Counted from the stretch's first letter, positions 1 through 12,145 are shown. The stretch is DNA of 32,000 bases from Patescibacteria group bacterium (GCA_041649575.1 JBAZMW010000001.1:90001-122000); one strand, 5' to 3'. Numbers and translations are program-made. Notes: generated from the sequence alone by a model not told the origin.

Positions 1-447
1 CGAGCCGACTTGCAGCGGCTAAAAACCGGAATAATAAATTTGGAACAGAGGGAAAAATTATTAAAGAAATACCAATCGGAGGGTTTTAGGTTTTCGGAAA
101 ATGAGCAAGATTTGCTGTCTCTAGCCCTGCCCAAGGATTTTGACTTGCCAGCTTTTATTATTCAGCTAAAAAACTTGGCCGATAATTATGGCTTCTTGAT
201 AAACAATATAAAAATAACCGAGACTGCTGCCGGAGCAGCGGGCAATAAAGTTCAGGTGGCCGAACAGGCCAACCATTTGAAAAAATTGGGAATCGAATTG
301 GAGCTGATCGGCGGTGATTACGGTAATTGGAAAAAAGTATTAACTGCCATGGAGTCCAGTATTATGATTTTTGATGTCACGGCTTTGGATTTTTCGGCCG
401 ACAACCCGGTTTATAAGTTGAAGCTGGTTACCTATTATTACAATTAA
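1..447 (+). CDS. PilO-like type IV pilus assembly protein, probably 5'-truncated by the window edge
   Basis: The frame is open back to position 1, and the track start at 10 is a TTG. No N-terminal TM helix is present, as expected if the 5' end is cut off. The C-terminal pattern LELIGGDYGNWKKVLTAMESS...YKLKLVTYYY resembles PilO C-terminal domains as I recall them. The gene heads a pilB/pilT/pilC/pilA/pilD cluster. Confidence 0.55.
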   Translation, partial: RADLQRLKTGIINLEQREKLLKKYQSEGFRFSENEQDLLSLALPKDFDLPAFIIQLKNLADNYGFLINNIKITETAAGAAGNKVQVAEQANHLKKLGIELELIGGDYGNWKKVLTAMESSIMIFDVTALDFSADNPVYKLKLVTYYYN

Positions 448-463
448 TTTAAACTAACGTTTT

Positions 464-817
464 ATGATATCCAGGGAGAAAAAGAAGGGGTTTAATGTTT
501 ATTTAGTTTTAATAGTGGTGGTTGTTTTATTTTTGGCTTTGCTGGGCGCTAATTTTTGGCTGGTCAATAAAAGCTTTCAGCCTTTGGAAAAAAGCCAGGA
601 CAGTAATGTGGACATCGCCCTGGATAAAAGCCGGGCAGCCACGAAGATCAAGGAGGAGTTAGTTGTCAAATTAGAACAAATGGAAAAAAGGGGGAAATTC
701 GGCAATTGGCCTTTGGTTTTGGCCGAGATCAAGCTAAGTGACAATCGAGACAACCCTTTTGTCAAAAAGTTAGTCAAAGAAAGCGATATTATTTTAGCGC
801 CATTATTGAAAGATTAA
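464..817 (+). CDS. Small membrane-anchored protein of the pilus operon (function unknown)
   Basis: 117-aa ORF with a basic N-terminus followed by one hydrophobic helix (KKKGFNVYLVLIVVVVLFLALLG). The KGF start resembles a prepilin leader but lacks Glu at +5. It is tightly packed between the PilO-like gene and pilB. Confidence 0.5.
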   Translation: MISREKKKGFNVYLVLIVVVVLFLALLGANFWLVNKSFQPLEKSQDSNVDIALDKSRAATKIKEELVVKLEQMEKRGKFGNWPLVLAEIKLSDNRDNPFVKKLVKESDIILAPLLKD

Positions 818-870
818 CGCCAGTCAAGCCATGGGTTTTATTATAAATAGCAGCCCGCTCTAGGATTTTT

Positions 871-2613
871 ATGAATCTCAACAATACCGATAGAATTAAA
901 AACGCACTGCTTAGCAGAAATTTAATCGATCCTAAGGATTTGGCCGTAGCCGAAGCCAAGGCGATTGAGACCAACAAGAGTTTGGAGGAGATTTTAGTTC
1001 AGGAGCGATATTTTGCCAGCAAGGAATTCAATAAACTAAAAGGAGAAATTTTTAATTTGGAAACAATTGACCTGGAAGAGATAACGGCTGATCAGGCAAC
1101 CTTAAACCTATTGGCTCCCAAAGTGGCAGAAAATTATCAGGCGGTGATTTTTGCCAGAGCCGGCGACGAGATAAAGGTGGGCTTGGTTGATCCCGGAAAT
1201 TTTCAGGCTCATGAGGCCATAGACTTTTTGGCGACACAAAAGGGATTGAGACCAAGGTATTACGCGATATCTTTTCAGGATTTTAGATCGACCTTCAATC
1301 AGTACAGCGGCTTTAAAAAAGAAATTGGAACGGCGGTCGAGGCGGCTAAAGTCAAGTTTGCCCAGCGGGAAGGATTTTTAAAAGTAAAAGAAGAGGAAGA
1401 AGACTTCGATCAGGTAGTCAAAAGCGCGCCGGTGGCAAAAATTGTTTCGGTAATCGTAAAGCATGCTGTCGATGGCGGCGCTTCGGATATTCACATCGAG
1501 CCAGGAAGAAGCACCGGTCGGGTACGTTATCGCGTTGATGGCAATTTGTTTAATTCGCTGACTCTGCCAGATTATCTTTATAATGCCGTGATTTCTAGAA
1601 TCAAGGTTTTAGCCAACATGAAATTAGATGAAACCCGTTTGCCGCAAGATGGCAGAATCAGGTTTAAGCTCGATGATCGCGAGGTAGATTTGAGAGTCTC
1701 TGTCTTGCCGACTCTAAACCAGGAGAAAGTGGTGATGAGGGTTTTGGACACTTCGGCGGGAGTGCCCACCTTGGCCGAGCTGGGTTTTTCTGACTATCAT
1801 ATTCAAATAATTGAAAAAAACATTAAGAGGCCATACGGATTATTTTTACTGACAGGCCCGACCGGGAGTGGCAAGACCACCACCCTTTATTCTGTTTTAA
1901 ATATTTTGAATTCAGACCAGCAAAATATCACTACCCTTGAAGATCCGATAGAATATTATATCGACGGGGTTAACCAGTCGCAGATTAATCCTGATATTGG
2001 ATTTTCTTTTGCCTCCGGACTAAGATCGATACTGCGCCAGGATCCCAATATTATCATGGTTGGCGAAATTCGCGACAGTGAAACCGTAGAGCTAGTGATT
2101 CACGCGGCTTTGACCGGTCATTTGGTTTTTTCCACCCTGCATACCAACAGCGCCTGGGGAGCGATTCCCAGATTAATAGACATGAAAGCCGAACCATTTC
2201 TTTTGGCCTCGACTCTCAATCTGGTCATGGCGCAGAGGTTGGTCAGAAAAGTCTGCCCCAATTGCAAAACAGAGGCCAAGCTGCCCCCCAAAGTATCGGA
2301 AAAAATAATGCTGGAAATAAAAAAGATACCGGATGTTTTTTTACAGTCGCTAAAGGGCAAATACGCTTTCTATCGAGGCCAGGGTTGTCAGAGTTGCAAT
2401 AACACCGGCTACCTTGGTCGGACGGTGGTGGGGGAAATAATGGATATCACCATGGAGCTAAAGGAGCTGATGGTTAAGGATTTTACTATCAAAGATATTC
2501 AGGATCAGCTCCAGAGACAAAACTACATCAACCTAGCTCAAGACGCCATTCTCAAGGCTTTGCAGGGACTGACAACGATAGACGAAGTACTTCGAGTTTC
2601 TCAAGATCAATAA
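871..2613 (+). CDS. pilB: Type IV pilus assembly (extension) ATPase PilB/GspE family
   Basis: All four ATPase motifs are canonical: Walker A GPTGSGKTT, Asp box TLEDPIEY, Walker B IIMVGEIRD and His box TGHLVFSTLHTN. It also has a tetracysteine motif (CPNC...CQSC) and an N-terminal GspE-N/MshEN-like region. Confidence 0.93.
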   Translation: MNLNNTDRIKNALLSRNLIDPKDLAVAEAKAIETNKSLEEILVQERYFASKEFNKLKGEIFNLETIDLEEITADQATLNLLAPKVAENYQAVIFARAGDEIKVGLVDPGNFQAHEAIDFLATQKGLRPRYYAISFQDFRSTFNQYSGFKKEIGTAVEAAKVKFAQREGFLKVKEEEEDFDQVVKSAPVAKIVSVIVKHAVDGGASDIHIEPGRSTGRVRYRVDGNLFNSLTLPDYLYNAVISRIKVLANMKLDETRLPQDGRIRFKLDDREVDLRVSVLPTLNQEKVVMRVLDTSAGVPTLAELGFSDYHIQIIEKNIKRPYGLFLLTGPTGSGKTTTLYSVLNILNSDQQNITTLEDPIEYYIDGVNQSQINPDIGFSFASGLRSILRQDPNIIMVGEIRDSETVELVIHAALTGHLVFSTLHTNSAWGAIPRLIDMKAEPFLLASTLNLVMAQRLVRKVCPNCKTEAKLPPKVSEKIMLEIKKIPDVFLQSLKGKYAFYRGQGCQSCNNTGYLGRTVVGEIMDITMELKELMVKDFTIKDIQDQLQRQNYINLAQDAILKALQGLTTIDEVLRVSQDQ

Positions 2614-2646
2614 TAAAATAACTAGGAAATATAATAAAAGAATATT

Positions 2647-3039
2647 ATGCCTAAAAAAGAAAAAGCGATATCGATTTTGATTGTGGAAGACGACATTTTT
2701 TTGGCCGATCTTTATCGGACTAAATTTGAGTTGGAGGGATTTAAGGTTTTTGTGGGTTATGACGGTGAAAAGGGGCTGGAGTTGGCTAGTAAAAATTTAC
2801 CCCAAGTCATTCTTCTGGACTTAGTTTTGCCAAAGATGAGCGGTTTCCAGGTTTTGGAAGCTCTAAAAAACGATAAAAGACTAAGAGAAGTCCCGGTGAT
2901 TCTCTTGACCAACCTAAGCCAAAAGGCAGACGTGGAAAAGGGTTTGAGTCTGGGGGCTAATGACTATCTAATCAAAGCCCATTTTATGCCCTCGGAAGTA
3001 GTGAATAAAATTAAAAAATTAGTTGACAGGGCGGTTTAA
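2647..3039 (+). CDS. Stand-alone CheY-like response regulator receiver domain
   Basis: 130 aa with all receiver signature residues: DD (15-16), phospho-acceptor D58 in LLDLVLP, T88 in LLTNLS and K110 in DYLIKA. There is no output domain. It sits between pilB and the pilT-like gene. Confidence 0.9.
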   Translation: MPKKEKAISILIVEDDIFLADLYRTKFELEGFKVFVGYDGEKGLELASKNLPQVILLDLVLPKMSGFQVLEALKNDKRLREVPVILLTNLSQKADVEKGLSLGANDYLIKAHFMPSEVVNKIKKLVDRAV

Positions 3040-3042
3040 TCT

Positions 3043-4122
3043 ATGGAATCTTCGCAATACTTGTTGGTCAAGGGTATCTTAATTGAAGCCGTGACTCGGG
3101 GAGCGGTTGATTTGCATTTTTCCGTGGGCAACAACCCGGTTTTGCGAGTTAACGGGGAACTGGTTGTTTTACAGGATAAAGACTTGATCACGCAGGATTT
3201 TATGGAAAAGCTGATGGCTTCGCTACTGACAGTAGAACAGAGAAAAAAAGTAGAAGTCGACCGGGAGATAGTTCTGACCCACAACTTTGACAAAGATTTA
3301 AGATTCAAAATAAACGTCTTTTATCAGCGGGGTTTTTTATCGGCCACCCTGCGTCATATTCCGGCCAAAATCCCGACTATCGGTTCCCTGGGGCTTAATT
3401 CGGTGATCAGGGAGCTAACCAAATTGAAAAGTGGTTTGGTCATTATTTCCGGGCCTTTCGGCTCAGGCAGAACAACCACGGCCATCGCCATGCTTGAGGA
3501 GATAAATCAAACCAGAAAAGAGTACATCATTACCATTGAAGATCCGATCGAATACCTTTTTGCAAATAAAGAAAGCATTGTTGAACAGAGAGAGGTTGGG
3601 CGAGATACCAAATCATTTTTGGATGCCCTGCATTATTTTCAGGAGGAAGACGGCGATATTTTGTTTCTCGGTGAAATGGGCGACAGTAAAACCATTCCCA
3701 TGGTTTTGGAAATAGCCCGGGGCAGCTCGCTGGTTTTGACGGTCTTGGGCGCTGCCTCCGCTGTTAATACGGTGGCCAGCATTTTGGACATTTTTCAAAG
3801 CTTTGATCAGGAAAGGGTCAAGGATTTATTGGCTACCTCCTTAAGAGCGATAATTTGTCAGAAGATGGTGCCAAAGGTGGGTGGTGGCAGTTTGGTGGTA
3901 CAGGAAATCATGCTGGTTAATGATGCTGTTAAATCAATTATTCTCGGCGGCAGCAATCAACAGTTAGACAACATCATTCAGACTTCAAGAAAAGAAGGCA
4001 TGATTTCTTTTGATCAGGCGTTGGCTCAATTGGTTAATGAAAGAAAAATTCTTTTAAAGGATGCCATTGACAATGCTTCCAACCGTTTGGCGTTAGAAAG
4101 TTTGCTTAGAGAAAAATATTAA
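3043..4122 (+). CDS. PilT-family hexameric ATPase paralog with degenerate catalytic motifs
   Basis: Length and Asp box (TIEDPIEY) fit PilT. However, Walker A is GPFGSGRTT, with Arg (codon AGA, 3469-3471) in place of the invariant Lys. Walker B is LFLGEMGD rather than GEMRD. The His box is replaced by RGSSLVLTVLGAAS. Confidence 0.85.
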   Translation: MESSQYLLVKGILIEAVTRGAVDLHFSVGNNPVLRVNGELVVLQDKDLITQDFMEKLMASLLTVEQRKKVEVDREIVLTHNFDKDLRFKINVFYQRGFLSATLRHIPAKIPTIGSLGLNSVIRELTKLKSGLVIISGPFGSGRTTTAIAMLEEINQTRKEYIITIEDPIEYLFANKESIVEQREVGRDTKSFLDALHYFQEEDGDILFLGEMGDSKTIPMVLEIARGSSLVLTVLGAASAVNTVASILDIFQSFDQERVKDLLATSLRAIICQKMVPKVGGGSLVVQEIMLVNDAVKSIILGGSNQQLDNIIQTSRKEGMISFDQALAQLVNERKILLKDAIDNASNRLALESLLREKY

Positions 4123-4140
4123 TTATAAATAATAAAGTAG

Positions 4141-5352
4141 ATGCCTATTTTTTCCTATAAAGCCAGAAACAGTCGAGGCCGTTTGATCGAGGGGGTAGTC
4201 GATGCGGTTACGGCAGACGCGGTAGCCAACTTGTTGGTGGAAAAAAATTTAGTAGTAACAAATATCGAAAGGCAGGGTGGTGAATTTTTAAAAAGCCACG
4301 GTCTGTTTTTTTTCAGAAGGGTCAAAAACAAAGAACTGGTTTTTTTCTTTCGTCAGTTGGCGGTAATGATTGAGGCTAATTTGCCGATAGTCAGGGCTTT
4401 AAAAATTTTAGTGCGGCAAACCGGTGATAAAAAATTAAAAAGGATCATCGCGACGGTGGCCGACGAGGTTGACGGTGGCTCGAAGCTATCGGAGGCGATG
4501 GCCAGCTTCCCGGAAGTTTTTGGTGTTTTTTACATTAATATGATTGGTTCCGGCGAGACCTCCGGTCGTTTGAGCGAGGTGGTTAATTATCTGGCTGATC
4601 AGCAAGAAAAAGATTACGATTTACAATCAAGAGTTAAGGGTGCCCTGATCTACCCGGCTTTTATAATAGTCAGTCTGCTGGTGGTGGCTTTTATTATCAT
4701 GACTTTTGTTATTCCCCAGATCTCTTCCTTACTTAAAGAATCGAATGTGACCCTGCCTTTGACTACCAGGATTCTGATGGCGGTCTCTGATTGGTTGAGA
4801 GCCTGGTGGTGGCAGGCTATAATAGCGATCATTCTACTAATTGGTGGCTTAAGCGTTTACGGCAGGTCAGAGACCGGCGGCCATTTTTTTGACTGGCTAA
4901 AATTAAGAGTACCTATTTTTGGAAAGATTTTTAGAGAAATTTATATTGTCAGAATAACTCGAAGCTTAAACACCCTCTTGGCTGGCGGTGTGCCGGTAGC
5001 CAGGGCCTTAGAGGTGGTAAAGGAGGTTGTGGGCAATAAAATCTATAAAGAAATATTGGAACAGGCCATTAAAGAAGTTGAAGAGGGCAATCCCTTGGCT
5101 GACAGCTTGTTGGTTTTCGAGAGTTATTTGCCCTTGGCGGTGTCACAAATGGTCAGTATTGGCGAAGAGACTGGCAAATTAGAGGAAGTGACTGGTAAAA
5201 TAGCCGATTTTTACTCACGAGAGGTTGATGCCAGCACCAGGAACTTAACGGTCTTAATAGAACCGGTAGTGATGATAATTTTGGGCGTGGGCATAGCTTT
5301 TTTCATCATGGCCGTGATCACGCCCATGTGGCAATTATCGGCGTCGATGTAG
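4141..5352 (+). CDS. pilC: Type IV pilus platform protein PilC (GspF family)
   Basis: 403 aa with the duplicated GspF-domain layout and TM segments. Typical motifs include FFRQLAVMIEANLPIVRAL and RSLNTLLAGGVPVARAL. It follows the pilB and pilT-like genes. Confidence 0.92.
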   Translation: MPIFSYKARNSRGRLIEGVVDAVTADAVANLLVEKNLVVTNIERQGGEFLKSHGLFFFRRVKNKELVFFFRQLAVMIEANLPIVRALKILVRQTGDKKLKRIIATVADEVDGGSKLSEAMASFPEVFGVFYINMIGSGETSGRLSEVVNYLADQQEKDYDLQSRVKGALIYPAFIIVSLLVVAFIIMTFVIPQISSLLKESNVTLPLTTRILMAVSDWLRAWWWQAIIAIILLIGGLSVYGRSETGGHFFDWLKLRVPIFGKIFREIYIVRITRSLNTLLAGGVPVARALEVVKEVVGNKIYKEILEQAIKEVEEGNPLADSLLVFESYLPLAVSQMVSIGEETGKLEEVTGKIADFYSREVDASTRNLTVLIEPVVMIILGVGIAFFIMAVITPMWQLSASM

Positions 5353-5369
5353 TCTGAGTTCGGAATTTG

Positions 5370-5378
5370 TGCTATAAT
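5370..5378 (+). promoter_or_regulatory. Extended -10 promoter element (TGcTATAAT) upstream of the major pilin gene
   Basis: TGCTATAAT lies in the pilC-pilA spacer. It would give a roughly 150-nt 5' UTR containing a 6-bp hairpin, CGATCC-gac-GGATCG (5487-5501). Confidence 0.45.
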
Positions 5379-5535
5379 GGTAATAAGAGCCTAAAGGGGC
5401 AGAAACTTTCCGCAAATTTAATTATTAATAATCAAAAAGGTCGAAAAAAATAAAAGTTTTATCTACTCGAGTGGAAAAAACAGCTTCGATCCGACGGATC
5501 GGAGAAAAAGTCAACTTAATAAAAAAATTTAAGCT

Positions 5536-5928
5536 ATGAAACAAAAAGGTTTTACTTTGATTGAACTTTTGGTGGTAATTGCCATTATTGGCTTGTTATC
5601 TTCTTTGGCAATTATCTCCCTAAACAGCGCCAGAAACAAGGCTTACGACGCTCAAGTTAAGAGCGATTTGGTACAAGTCAGAAATTCGGCTGAGATTTAC
5701 TATGATACTAACGGTTCTTATACTGGTTTTACTGTACCAACGCAGCTGGTAGCGCCTAATTGCAGCGATGACGCCGCTTACGTGGTGACTATTTCAGCCG
5801 ATGGCACGGCTTATGCCTCTTGGGCCGACTTATGCGCCGATACGGACAACGATTATTGTGTTGATTCGGTCGGGGTGTCAAAGGTGACCGCTGGCCATGT
5901 GGCCGATGGGGCTACCGCCTGCCCATAA
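5536..5928 (+). CDS. pilA: Type IV major pilin (prepilin with class III signal peptide)
   Basis: The leader MKQKG is followed by FTLIELLVVIAIIGLL, giving G-1, F+1 and E+5. It has a pilin alpha-1 helix (SARNKAYDAQVKSDLVQVRNSAEIYY) and C-terminal Cys pairs. It has its own promoter and a strong terminator. Confidence 0.87.
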   Translation: MKQKGFTLIELLVVIAIIGLLSSLAIISLNSARNKAYDAQVKSDLVQVRNSAEIYYDTNGSYTGFTVPTQLVAPNCSDDAAYVVTISADGTAYASWADLCADTDNDYCVDSVGVSKVTAGHVADGATACP

Positions 5929-5951
5929 TTCAAACTTTCTTTTTCAAGATT

Positions 5952-5985
5952 AAAAGCTCTCTTCCTCAAAGAAGAGAGCTTTTTG
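5952..5985 (+). terminator. Rho-independent terminator after the pilin gene
   Basis: Perfect hairpin AAAAGCTCTCTTC-ctcaaa-GAAGAGAGCTTTT followed by a T-run. Confidence 0.75.
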
Positions 5986-5999
5986 TCTGGCCAGATTTA

Positions 6000-6008
6000 T
6001 GGTATAAT
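6000..6008 (+). promoter_or_regulatory. Extended -10 promoter element (TGgTATAAT)
   Basis: TGGTATAAT lies directly after the pilin terminator and upstream of the 6044 ORF and pilD. Confidence 0.45.
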
Positions 6009-6043
6009 ATTAAGCAAGAATAAGGAAATTAAAACCAGACAGC

Positions 6044-6451
6044 ATGACCAAGCGCACAAAATTTAAACTGATAATTTATTTATTATTATTGATTTTGGGT
6101 ATTACCGGATTGATTTTGTGGTCTATTTTTAATGCGGCTCGGGGTCGGGACTATAAAAGACTGGGAGAAATAAAAATAATAGAAGCAGAGTTTAACAGTT
6201 ATTTTAATAAGTTTAACACCTATCAGGTGCCGGATTGTTCGCCACCCATGTTGGTTAACTATTGTAGTGGTAAAGGCGAGAGAGTTTTGGCTATAGATAC
6301 GATAGTCGACCCTGTCAATAAAGGAAATTTTCAGTATTTAGTGAGTTCATTAAGTGACGATAATTTTCGAGTCGATTTTTCTCTGGAGATGGGTATCGGC
6401 ACTCTGGCAGCGGGTAATTATCTGCTGACACGTCAGGGTATTTCTAAATAA
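6044..6451 (+). CDS. Membrane-anchored pilin-like protein lacking a prepilin cleavage motif
   Basis: It has an N-terminal TM helix (FKLIIYLLLLILGITGLILWSIF). This is followed by NAARGRDYKRLGEIKIIEAEFNSYF, which resembles the post-TM part of the pilin alpha-1 helix. There is no G/F-xxx-E site. Confidence 0.55.
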   Translation: MTKRTKFKLIIYLLLLILGITGLILWSIFNAARGRDYKRLGEIKIIEAEFNSYFNKFNTYQVPDCSPPMLVNYCSGKGERVLAIDTIVDPVNKGNFQYLVSSLSDDNFRVDFSLEMGIGTLAAGNYLLTRQGISK

Positions 6452-6468
6452 AGCGACTGGTTTTCTCT

Positions 6469-7251
6469 ATGTTTTATTTTTTGATTTTTGTTTTTGGTTT
6501 AGTGATTGGCAGTTTTTTAAATGTAGTTATTTTTCGTTTACGCAGCGGGGAGAAGATTGTTAATTCTCGCTCCCACTGCCGGAGCTGTAAGAAGCAGCTG
6601 ACCTTTAAGGACCTAATTCCGCTGGTAAGTTTTGTTTGGCAAAAAGGACGTTGCCGTTATTGCGGGGCAAAAATTTCTTGGCAGTACCCATTGGTGGAGC
6701 TGGTTACCGGTCTGTTGTTCGTGGCGGCAACTTTTAATATTATCGGTAACTTGGGAGCGGGCATGTTATTTTACAATTCGGATATTTTTTTTAATTGGTT
6801 AAAAAGTTTGGTTTTTATCTCTTTTCTGGTGGTAATTTTTGTTTATGATTTGAAGTGGTTGCTTATTTTAGACAAGATAACTTTGCCGGCAGGGATTCTG
6901 GCCTTGGCTTTCAATTTGTTTTTGGGAATTAGCTGGAAGAGTCTGCTGCTGGGGGTTGTTGTCGGCCTGGGATTTTTTCTAATCCAATTTTTGGTTTCCC
7001 GGGGCCGGTGGATCGGCGGCGGCGACTTAAGGCTGGCGGTGGTAATGGGGTTGATGCTGGGCTGGCCCAAGATTCTAGTGGCTCTGTTTTTCGCTTATAT
7101 AATCGGCGCCCTGATCGCTTTGATTCTAATGGCTTGGGGGAAGCGCGGTCTGAAATCACAGGTTCCGTTTGGCACCTTCTTGTCGCTGGGCACGTTGGTA
7201 GCTATTTTTTGGGGCGAAGAAATAATCAAATGGTACTTAAGTCTCGTTTGA
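6469..7251 (+). CDS. pilD: Prepilin peptidase / N-methyltransferase PilD (peptidase A24)
   Basis: It has CxxC...CxxC (CRSCKKQL...CRYCGAKI) in the N-terminal cytoplasmic loop. It is polytopic, with the two Asp-containing motifs VYDLKW and GGGDLRL. Confidence 0.92.
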   Translation: MFYFLIFVFGLVIGSFLNVVIFRLRSGEKIVNSRSHCRSCKKQLTFKDLIPLVSFVWQKGRCRYCGAKISWQYPLVELVTGLLFVAATFNIIGNLGAGMLFYNSDIFFNWLKSLVFISFLVVIFVYDLKWLLILDKITLPAGILALAFNLFLGISWKSLLLGVVVGLGFFLIQFLVSRGRWIGGGDLRLAVVMGLMLGWPKILVALFFAYIIGALIALILMAWGKRGLKSQVPFGTFLSLGTLVAIFWGEEIIKWYLSLV

Positions 7252-7259
7252 ACAAATTT

Positions 7260-7802
7260 ATGCCAAAACAAAAAATGACCGCCGGTTTCACTTTGATAGA
7301 AATTTTGGTAGTTATAGCCATCATGGGCGCGCTCTCTTCTTTTTTAATAATCAATTTTCGAGTTAACGAAGACAGCCGTAAATTTAAGAACGACTCTCTG
7401 CTGGTGATGGACGGTTTTAAAAAGGCCCAAACCATGGCTTTGGCCAGCCAGCTGGTAGAGGGTCGGGCGCCGGTCGGTTACGCGGTGTTATTGGACGATT
7501 GCTCTTTTGGCTCCTGCTCTTACGAAATCGCCTCTTATGGCGGCGATAAAAAAGACTTTAGCAACCAAAGTGATTTTAAAACAATTGAAAAAGTAAATTT
7601 AAGCGAGGAAGTAGAGCTAAAAGCCAAAAATTCGCGGATTATTTTTTTCCCGCCGCGGGCCGAATCGGTAATTTTGGTCAATGGAGAAATTACCAACTAT
7701 CTGCCGGTTGAGTTGCGCCACAAAAAAGGCAAACTTTTGCCTATCTGCGTGACAGTAAGCGGCATGTCGGGCAGAATTGATTCGAGTCCCTGTTCCATGT
7801 AG
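7260..7802 (+). CDS. Minor pilin / pseudopilin (prepilin-type N-terminal domain)
   Basis: I moved the start to the ATG at 7260, because the track start at 7008 overlaps pilD. The leader MPKQKMTAG is followed by FTLIEILVVIAIMG. The ATG at 7275 is an alternative start. Confidence 0.8.
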   Translation: MPKQKMTAGFTLIEILVVIAIMGALSSFLIINFRVNEDSRKFKNDSLLVMDGFKKAQTMALASQLVEGRAPVGYAVLLDDCSFGSCSYEIASYGGDKKDFSNQSDFKTIEKVNLSEEVELKAKNSRIIFFPPRAESVILVNGEITNYLPVELRHKKGKLLPICVTVSGMSGRIDSSPCSM

Positions 7803-7806
7803 TTTT

Positions 7807-8478
7807 ATGATTTCAAAAATAAAAAAATTTTTTAGCAACCAAACCGGCCAGAGTCTTTTGGAACTGATTGTGGCCATGGCCATTATTAATGTTGGTTTGT
7901 TTGCGGTCTGGGCGCTCTTTCTGTCTAACTTTTCAGGCGAACAAGAAGCCAAGGCCAGAATCGTTGGAGTCAATCTGGCCAGAGAAGGAGTGGAAGCGGT
8001 AAAAAATATCAGAGATTCTAATTGGCTTAGGCTGGAAGACAATAAGCGCTGTGGCCAAAATCTTTGCAGTTGGGATTATGGCCTGGTCGGCCCTGGCGGC
8101 GATGACACCGCTATTTTAGTGGATCTGTTTGAAACCAGCGGTGAAGCCAGATTGGATTTTGGTCCCGATAGTTTAAACGACAATTCAACAAAGATTTTTA
8201 TCGATCAATCTCTGGCCAAGGGTTTTTTTATCCAGCACCCCAGTGGTAGCGCCCAGACCGGCCAGCCGACGATTTATCGTCGGCTGATAACTCTTGATGA
8301 TATTTGCTGCTCTGATATTAACGGAGACGGTGATTGCGACGACAATGCGTTTAAGGCTTGTTCGGAGACGACCGGCTCGTTGAAAGTCGGCCTGGAGGTC
8401 AGCTCCAGGGTGCAGTGGCTGCTTAACGGTAAAAGCAGGGAAGTGGTGGCGGAAGACCATTTGTTTAATTGGAAATAA
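7807..8478 (+). CDS. Minor pilin-like protein (prepilin-type N-terminus)
   Basis: I moved the start to the ATG at 7807. The leader MISKIKKFFSNQTG is followed by QSLLELIVAMAIINVG, with Glu at +5. It lies in the run of pilin-like genes. Confidence 0.7.
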   Translation: MISKIKKFFSNQTGQSLLELIVAMAIINVGLFAVWALFLSNFSGEQEAKARIVGVNLAREGVEAVKNIRDSNWLRLEDNKRCGQNLCSWDYGLVGPGGDDTAILVDLFETSGEARLDFGPDSLNDNSTKIFIDQSLAKGFFIQHPSGSAQTGQPTIYRRLITLDDICCSDINGDGDCDDNAFKACSETTGSLKVGLEVSSRVQWLLNGKSREVVAEDHLFNWK

Positions 8479-8489
8479 TTTAAACCTCA

Positions 8490-9086
8490 ATGAAATTTTT
8501 TAGAATAACTTCGGGCAACAATTCAAAACAAGGCTTTACTCTGGTGGAGGTGCTGGTGGCAGTGAGTATTTTTAGTATTTTGTCGGTGGTGGTGTCTTCG
8601 ATTTTTTTGAACGTCAATGGCTTGCAGCGCAATACAGCCAGCTATCAGCGATTGCAGAACGAAGGCCGTTATATGTTGGAAAAATTGGCGCGCGAAGTGA
8701 GATCGAGAGAAATAAGCTATCCACTGGAAAATCCTCAAGACCACCTTTTTTTCAAAAAAGACGAAAAAGGCAATTATTTGAGAATTTGCTGGGTGGACGA
8801 CTGGTTAAAATATTATCTTGACGCCGATAATTCTTTGGATAACGAAGAGAATTTGAACAACTGCCGAACCAAGGGACAGCCGCTTAATGCTCATGACGTC
8901 AGCGTGACCGAGGCCAGTTTTTTTATTCTGCCGGTCTTGGAAGATCGCTGGGGCGAGAAGCCGCTTTCTAACATCCAGACTCGGGCGACCGTTCTTCTGA
9001 AAATAAAAAACAATTCAGGCAACAGCAAAGATCAAAAGGAACTGACGCTACAAACCACAATCTCCAGCAAAATTTATAAAAGATGA
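8490..9086 (+). CDS. Minor pilin (PilW/PulJ-like, prepilin-type N-terminus)
   Basis: The leader ...NNSKQG is followed by FTLVEVLVAVSIFSIL. The gene ends with TGA at 9084-9086, and the next gene starts at 9088. Confidence 0.8.
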   Translation: MKFFRITSGNNSKQGFTLVEVLVAVSIFSILSVVVSSIFLNVNGLQRNTASYQRLQNEGRYMLEKLAREVRSREISYPLENPQDHLFFKKDEKGNYLRICWVDDWLKYYLDADNSLDNEENLNNCRTKGQPLNAHDVSVTEASFFILPVLEDRWGEKPLSNIQTRATVLLKIKNNSGNSKDQKELTLQTTISSKIYKR

Positions 9087-9087
9087 C

Positions 9088-12061
<2,974 letters not shown>

Positions 12062-12116
12062 AAGAGTGGCAATTTGAGAACGACCCGACTCGGCCGCTTT
12101 TTATTTTTCTTAATGC

Positions 12117-12145
12117 TTGTCAAATTAATTCAAAGGTGCTAAAAT
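12117..12145 (+). promoter_or_regulatory. Sigma-70-type promoter for gatCA
   Basis: TTGTCA (12117-12122), a 17-nt spacer, then TAAAAT (12140-12145). It lies 25 nt upstream of gatC. Confidence 0.5.

Noticed and set aside
7008-7259. A long N-terminal extension of the minor pilin ORF (track start at 7008).
   Set aside because: It overlaps the 3' third of pilD in another frame and is Arg/Gly-rich junk. A proper prepilin leader starts at ATG 7260. The same logic applies to the track starts at 7777, 10016, 16705 and 30626.
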